Source: Cenococcum geophilum (lineage: Eukaryota). From it: 64,000 bases of DNA. The notes beneath the pieces are model-generated. The model had not been told where the DNA came from, ran no database searches, and worked only from the letters and a program-made list of their open reading frames with translations. The stretch is from positions 6,262,001-6,326,000 of the forward strand of contig CP158636.1 of the NCBI GenBank assembly GCA_050273025.1. The letters run 5' to 3'. A program made the position numbers and the translations under genes. Of this stretch, positions 63,701 to 64,000 are shown in pieces. The first letter of the stretch is position 1. Each line of letters opens with the position of its first letter.

Positions 63701-64000
63701 TTTATAACCTCTCGCGTAAAGAGCTTAAGATCCTATAGGAGTACCTTAATAGGTTATTAAAAAAGGGGTAGATTTGGCCTAATAAGTCACTAGTAGGCGC
63801 GCCAATCCTCTTCGTTCTAAAACTAGATAGAACTATAAGGCTATATATAGACTATCGCGGTCTTAATAAGATTACAATTAAGAACCGTTACCTACTACTA
63901 TTAATTAGTAAAATGCTAGATAAACTATTTAGGGTAAAGATATTTATAAAGCTGGATTTATAAGACGCCTATTATAGGCTCTGTATTAAAGAAGGGGACG
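60713..64000 (+). mobile_element. Gypsy G, 5' part (LTR approx. 60713-60900, gag, protease, start of RT); runs off the window end
   Basis: tataagg...ccttata (RIPed tgtaagg...ccttaca); zinc knuckle ~62746-62790; LxDSGAEIN ~62807; RT GAPILFV.K.D..RL..DYRGLNKITIKNRY.L.LI at ~63796-63906. Confidence 0.9.

Noticed and set aside
1..64000. Starship/giant element (tyrosine-recombinase captain), Helitron, rRNA/tRNA genes, telomeric repeats
   Set aside because: No recognisable motifs were seen by eye. RIP could hide weak relics, but little sequence is left unassigned.
1..64000. Alternative genetic code (TAA/TAG = Gln) explaining the in-frame stops
   Set aside because: Stops differ between paralogous copies and come with matching TpG->TpA changes (ATG->ATA, TGG->TAG, TGT->TAT), as expected for RIP.

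Overview
This 64-kb window holds no intact host gene. It is an AT-rich pile of nested transposons from a filamentous ascomycete, with a heavy RIP-type signature (CpA->TpA / TpG->TpA and many premature TAA/TAG codons). LTR/TIR ends and target-site duplications (TSDs) account for almost all of the window. Gypsy elements: family A x3, family B x2, and single copies D, E and G; chromodomains are visible in A, B and D. Copia elements: a 3' remnant, a full-length copy F and a gag-only copy C. Also present: two non-LTR/LINE relics, a hAT, a pogo/Fot1, a foldback MITE, three solo LTRs and two non-autonomous LTR elements, nested up to five levels deep. Most notable: (i) both B copies carry an antisense, intron-containing gene relic for a six-cysteine Zn-cluster-like plus coiled-coil protein; (ii) a 2.45-kb non-autonomous Copia-type element carries a coiled-coil plus double C2HC zinc-finger cargo ORF and has inserted into that antisense gene; (iii) a 444-bp TRIM shows a Tf1-style self-priming signature. 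Protein motifs were read by eye with manual reversal of RIP changes, so they are inferences. Element ends with TSDs are precise; internal domain coordinates are approximate.
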